DNA from: Folioceros fuciformis
Lineage: Eukaryota
NCBI GenBank assembly: GCA_049999805.1
Contig: JBNGIO010006445.1
Location: 1 to 38,593 of the forward strand
Direction of reading: 5' to 3'
DNA: 38,593 nt
Within the stretch, counting starts at the first letter, position 1. Every line of letters starts with the position of its first letter. The position numbers and the translations under genes are program-made. Under the pieces are notes generated by a model. That model saw nothing but the letters and a program-made list of their open reading frames with translations. It had not been told where the DNA came from and searched no databases. Positions 33,485 through 38,593 of this stretch are shown piece after piece.

Positions 33485-33514
<30 letters not shown>
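33485..33514. repeat. (TA)15 microsatellite
   Basis: Direct reading. Confidence 0.95.
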
Positions 33515-33517
<3 letters not shown>

Positions 33518-33840
33518 GGGTTTGGAATCTAGGACGTGGCTCAAAACATATCAGCCCCATTTCCAAGGCGTGCGCGCGTCAGGTACCGAATCCGCCCATT
33601 TAAGTTTCCGCTCCCAAATTATGGTCACAAACTGGTTATATATGTCTGGCACGTTGGACACCAATTTGGCTGGACAGAAAACATTGCGCACACCAAGTTC
33701 GAGGCAGGTGGCATTGCTATTGCTGAACATAGTACCCCTCGACCCTCGCTACATGTGACCTCCTTAAATGTTATACCTCTAGAAATGTTATGGGTTTCGT
33801 ACTTCGTAGTTGGGGAAGCGGGTGAAGCGAACGAGAGCGC

Positions 33841-34100
33841 GATAGGCACCGGGGTGGAGCGGGCCAGATCGGGATAGGGACCGCGTGGAACGGGCCGAGA
33901 TCGGGATAGGCACCGCATGGAGCGGGCGAGACGGGGTAGGCACCGGGTGGAGCGGGGGAGACCGGGATAGGCACCGCGTGGAGGGGCGAAACCGAGATAA
34001 GCACCGCGTGGAGCGGGCAAGATCGGGATAGGCACCGCATGGAGCGGGCGAGAGTGGGATAGGCACCGAATGGAGAGCAGGAGCACGGGATAGGCACCGG
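33841..34100. repeat. GC-rich ~31-bp tandem repeat, ~8.5 copies
   Basis: gataggcaccgc(g/a)tggagcgggc..ga.cgg with a period of 30-32 bp. Confidence 0.93.
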
Positions 34101-34374
34101 GCGTTGTATAGTAAATACATATTTATATATATAAATTTGTATAAAGTAAAAATGTGTGTTTTTTTTATGTTTTTTTAACTTGGCATATTATTATTTTTTT
34201 ATGCAATATTTGGTATCATTTTTCTTATAGCTATCTAGCTTTGCAGTTTTTTTTTATACTTTTATGTGGCTTGGGAAGAACATGTACCCATACTCAAATT
34301 GCAATAGGTTTTAGTAGCCCTTGCACTTTGTTTTGTGAAGGCTTTTGATCTAACATGTGTTCACCTTCCACGCA

Positions 34375-34497
34375 CGCTCTACTTTGCAACGTTAAATATA
34401 CTAGGACATCGTCACACACCGCTCTACTTTGCAACGTTAAATATGCTAGGACATCGTCACACACCGCTCTACTTTGCAACGTTAAATATGCTAGGAC
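34375..34497. repeat. 45-bp tandem repeat, ~2.7 copies
   Basis: cgctctactttgcaacgttaaatat(a/g)ctaggacatcgtcacacac at 34375, 34420 and 34465. Confidence 0.95.
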
Positions 34498-35103
34498 GTT
34501 AAATGGGTTTAGGGTTTAAAACCCTATATCATGTAAATATGCTCATAGTGGAGCTAGTAATCGAGAGGTTAGTGCTTGGGCTTCTCATTTATCCAGCATG
34601 TCAGTTTTTGCTATGACTATAGGTTGAAGTTTCAAGAAGGGAGATGAGTTTCGAAACATGAAGAATAATGAAGCTAATTCTAAACGGAGGAAGGATATAT
34701 TTTATCTGAAGGTTGAGAAGGAGGCTTTGTTTTCATGGTTTGTGACGATGGACGAAAATGTCACTATCTCTAACGATATGTTGTTTAAAATGGGAAAACA
34801 ATTCTATGATAGATTACCAAAAGTAGAAAGGTTGGAAAAACCACTAACATTTTCTTATGGTTGGGTGGCAGAGTTTAAACATCGATATGGTGTCAAGGGT
34901 TATGTGAAGCATGGAGAAGCTACAAGTGCTAGTGCATCACAAGTGATCCAAGATAGAATGGAAGTCATGTAAAGTATCATGTGAGAATATGAGCCTCAAG
35001 ATATTTTTAATATGGATGAAGTAAGGTTGTTCTCTAGGTTGGGATGAGCAAAATATAAGCAACGAAGAGGCTGAGTGGGAAGGAAACTCCAAAGAAAAGG
35101 CTA

Positions 35104-35816
35104 CTTTTTTTTCGTAAAGAAAAAAAAAAAACTGATTATCTGCAGCTTAGGCTACAGCATGGGTACAGTAGTTACATATGCAACTGAATAAGGAGTTAGC
35201 ATACAAGCTAATCCCTAAAGCTGCAAAAGCGAGCAAACTTGGTCTAGCCTACGGGCGAGAGATTACCGTCCTTTGTGTGACTTACCTGCCCTATTGGCAG
35301 GAGTGGTCCTACTGGCCATTGTGCCAGAGGAATCTTGCTAATTTTCACTCTTTCGATCTGAGCTTAGTGTGAGCGGAAGTTCGAATGCTCTTCGCGACCA
35401 CTAGGACCTGTTCCCAGATGCACCATAGCAGAGCTTTCCTTGATGCCAGATCACTCCCGTCGTAGACCATTACTGTCCAGTTTTGTCACAAAGAAAAAAG
35501 AGACAAGGATCATACCACTCCCCACCATTGGTACTGAATTAATGACCCTTTCGACTGCCCATCAAGCCTGAATAAGGCGGTTCGCTTTATAACCAATATG
35601 GTTCTCTCAAGGAAAAGTCTTTGTAACCACCTGCTAACTTTGTTCCATATACCTTGCGCATAGTCGCACTGAAAGAGATTGGCTTTTATGAGGGGCGCAA
35701 ACACTGCATAGCCTGCAACACTCCTCCTCCGTGGCCACCAACAACTCGTCTTAGCGGTCTGCATTATGTAAGCAAGCTTGAAAGAAACACCAGATGGTTA
35801 CCCTCATGAAAGCCTC
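35104..35816 (-). mobile_element. LINE 3' fragment inserted in the pogo transposase, with TSD
   Basis: IWCFFQACLHNADR..CRLC..FQCDYAQGIW; T run at 35105-35112; flanked by aagaaaaggcta (35092-35103) and aagaaaggcta (35817-35827); transposase frame resumes as RLIVALIAN. Confidence 0.85.
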
Positions 35817-38593
35817 AAGAAAGGCTAATTGTTGCTTTAATAGCTAATATTGATGGTAGTTATAAATTATCGCCTTTGTGATTAACAAATTCTTGAGGCC
35901 CAAATCTTTTACTAGTCGTAACATTGGATCATTGGACAATCTAGGTATTCATTGGTAAGCAAACTCAAATGCTTGAATGTTGGTACCTTTATTTGAGTAA
36001 TTTATTTTCATTTTGGATGTGAACATAAAAGTTAGGGTCAAACTAATGTCTTGCTTCTTTTGGATAATATTGTTGTTCATAAACTAAGCTGAGACATATA
36101 GCAGGCTTCGAATTACAAGGGTTGAATTTTTTCTTTTTAATGTTTTGTCTCGTTACTAGCCCATGGATGCAAGCATTATACAATCTTTTAAGACCAATTA
36201 TAGAAAAATGCTTGTTTGGCATTATATTCAAGAGATTCAAAATAATAATTCTTCTCTTGATGATGTTTATCATACTGTGACTATGTTGGAGCAAGCTTGG
36301 CGTATCGATGTTAGAGGGAAAAACATTAAAAATTGTTGGAAATACTCTCGGTTATGATAAAAGAGATCAAGTGATACCATGTCGTATATAAAGTTAAATC
36401 AACTTAGTTTTGAGGCATGGAATGCTGATAGTGATGATGAACAATAACAAGACAACCAAGCAATACGTGAAGATTTGTTCAATAGAGATTACATAGAATT
36501 AGAAATTCTTCTTTGTCAGTTGAGGAATTTGAGACTTGAAACAACAAGATTGATCCCTACTATGTCTTTACAAGAATTTATTGATAATGAGGTGATAAAT
36601 GCATATGCTATCTTTTCTACTCCAATTGTAGATGATACATAGACTTCTATTCAACCTCCATTGAAAAATGAAGTTGCCCATGTTGAAAATTCTTCTAAAG
36701 AATATAGCTAAGGAATTGCAGCCAAGAGAATGCATTAGTATCTCACTAGTTTGCAAATCTATGTACATCTGCACAACTTTGTGCTTGACTATAAAGTAGT
36801 AGTACAAGTTGTTGTGGAAACCATAATCAAGTCACACGTGATGGGTTGAGTTAAGTAGCCATGGTTTGGCAACGGGAACTAGCCCTGGAAAGCAGCCCTT
36901 TTGTGACAAGGTATGCCTGTATCACAACCCATCACTGTTACACATTGGATGTTCATGTTCATGCGCAGCTATGGAGTCTAGGACATGGTTCTCCTAGTGC
37001 AAGATGAGCTCACAAAGGATGGCTGCTTTGTTCTTCGAGTCTTATGTTTACATGAGCCGTTCGACCCGAAACGCTACAATCCCGTTGTGCCCAACTGCAA
37101 TAATCACGTTTTGCTATTCCTAACTATATTTCTACCTATGAATTTAAGGCTAAATACTACGCAGTTAAAAAAATCTTTAATTCTAATTTATCCACTAAGC
37201 TCTTCGGCTGAAGCTCTTAACTTCGTCTTTGCTTGAGCTCGTTTCTTCGTTCTTAAGTCTTTTGATGGCCGACTGCGCGTCCACTGCCGGGCTCTCTGAC
37301 TGTCTAACTAGCTGGCCATGGCATCTAGGATCAGCACTGGCATTTCTTGCTCCTGCAATCATAACAATCACGGCTGACATACATATATAATCAGGTCACG
37401 CTTACTCGATACGATTCCATGGTATCCCCTCGGGTTTCTTCAAATACTAATGTCATTTTGCTTGAGTTCGCATTTCAATGTTAGCCTTATTTTCCTTAAG
37501 TTTGCAACCTCTTGCTATATTTTCTTGTTAATTTCCTCCATTGATCCGTGATTTGTATGGTGCAAGCCTTGCAAAGAATGTCAGGACCTTATGGCGAGTT
37601 GATGAAGCTTGCATAGCTTGCATTAGGCTCTAGTTAAATACGAAGTCCTATCCCATAAATTTGTCCTTAGTGCTCTCTAATAGAATTCTTCTTCTTCTGA
37701 AAAGCAAGTCAATGAACAACCCTTGCACACAAAATTTGGTAAATAAATGATAGTAATGAAGTACGGAGATATAATTAGACACCTAAAGTAGGCAGTTAGT
37801 AATTGAACCATTTCAACCAACTTTTCACTTAAATGACAAGTGCAAGTCATGCCTGTACAAACATTGCATTCTATTCTATATAATCTAAGTGTATAACCAT
37901 GCTCAATTACATTGAAATTGAAAATGATATCAAAGCAAACAAATTGCCTTCTGCAATACGGCCTTAAGCATCATGTCATGCCAACGAAGATGCCGAGCTT
38001 TACAAGCAAGGGTTGATAGATTGGCCGCGCAAATAAAAATCATGAGAACCATGCACTATAATAACTAATCTAAAAACATATCTTATCTCTATTACATTAA
38101 GGCTAGAAATAAAAGACATCTTAGCACACATAAACTCTTAGACTAGAACCACCATACAAGAGAATTGCTCCCAACACCCCAACATGTTTACCCCTACCAT
38201 TTCCTTGTCCAAGGAAGAACGTTTTGATGACCAATAATATAACTTCACTATAAAGAAGTTTCGAATTACCAATATCTTGAGGGGGAGAAAGCCATAGGCT
38301 TAGGGTGGGGTGTTGGCACTTCTTTTATGGTCATACCACATCCCATCCCATCTTAAGTGGTAGTGGTACTGCAACACAAAAGGAGGAGTGTGATGAAAAG
38401 AATTAGCAGGCCAGAAATATGATTATGCAATCAATGTGACATAGAAATGTCCCACAAATCAAAGGCGGTGAATCAACAACCAAGCCTACTAGTAGTAGCA
38501 CAAAATTTATGCAGCTAGCGACATCATGCACGTAATACATACTTTAAGGACTATAAAGGGAGACCAAGTTGACCACCACGTGATGTTGTTCCG

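Larger units (their letters stand above)
33730..36780 (+). mobile_element. Decayed pogo/Tigger-like (Tc1/mariner superfamily) DNA transposon
   Basis: CENP-B-type HTH (ALFSWF..ISNDML..FSYGWVAEFKHRYG..HGEA); IFNMDE; ANIDGS; LLLLDN; PMDASII; many stops; left end tagtacccctcg resembles a pogo TIR; right end not found. Confidence 0.8.

Noticed and set aside
33625-34120. Three overlapping Pro/Arg-rich ORFs
   Set aside because: Translations of the 31-bp GC-rich tandem repeat.

Overview
Repeat-rich land-plant genomic DNA with three N gaps (22428-22437, 26487-26586, 26735-26744). A fern, lycophyte or bryophyte source is my impression from the Copia and ANK-PGG sequences and is not proven. About 75% of the window is retroelement or transposon sequence: several Ty1/Copia elements or relics, four Athila-like Ty3/Gypsy LTRs (one with PBS and gag), a second Gypsy-like 3' end with an antisense ORF, two related LINE 3' fragments and a decayed pogo/Tigger-like DDE transposon. 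Host genes are a secreted dirigent-like gene with one in-frame TGA, a tandem pair of ATL-like TM+RING-H2 genes with Asp at the eighth ligand, and a large ankyrin-PGG (ACD6-like) gene. The most unusual signal is that three different tRNA-iMet-primed LTR elements each carry an extra ORF right after the PBS, encoding CxxC...[DE]H plus a coiled coil. In two of them this ORF precedes Copia gag, and those two elements appear to have non-canonical 5'-TA...CA-3' LTR ends. A five-level nest of insertions spans 13.5-22.3 kb.
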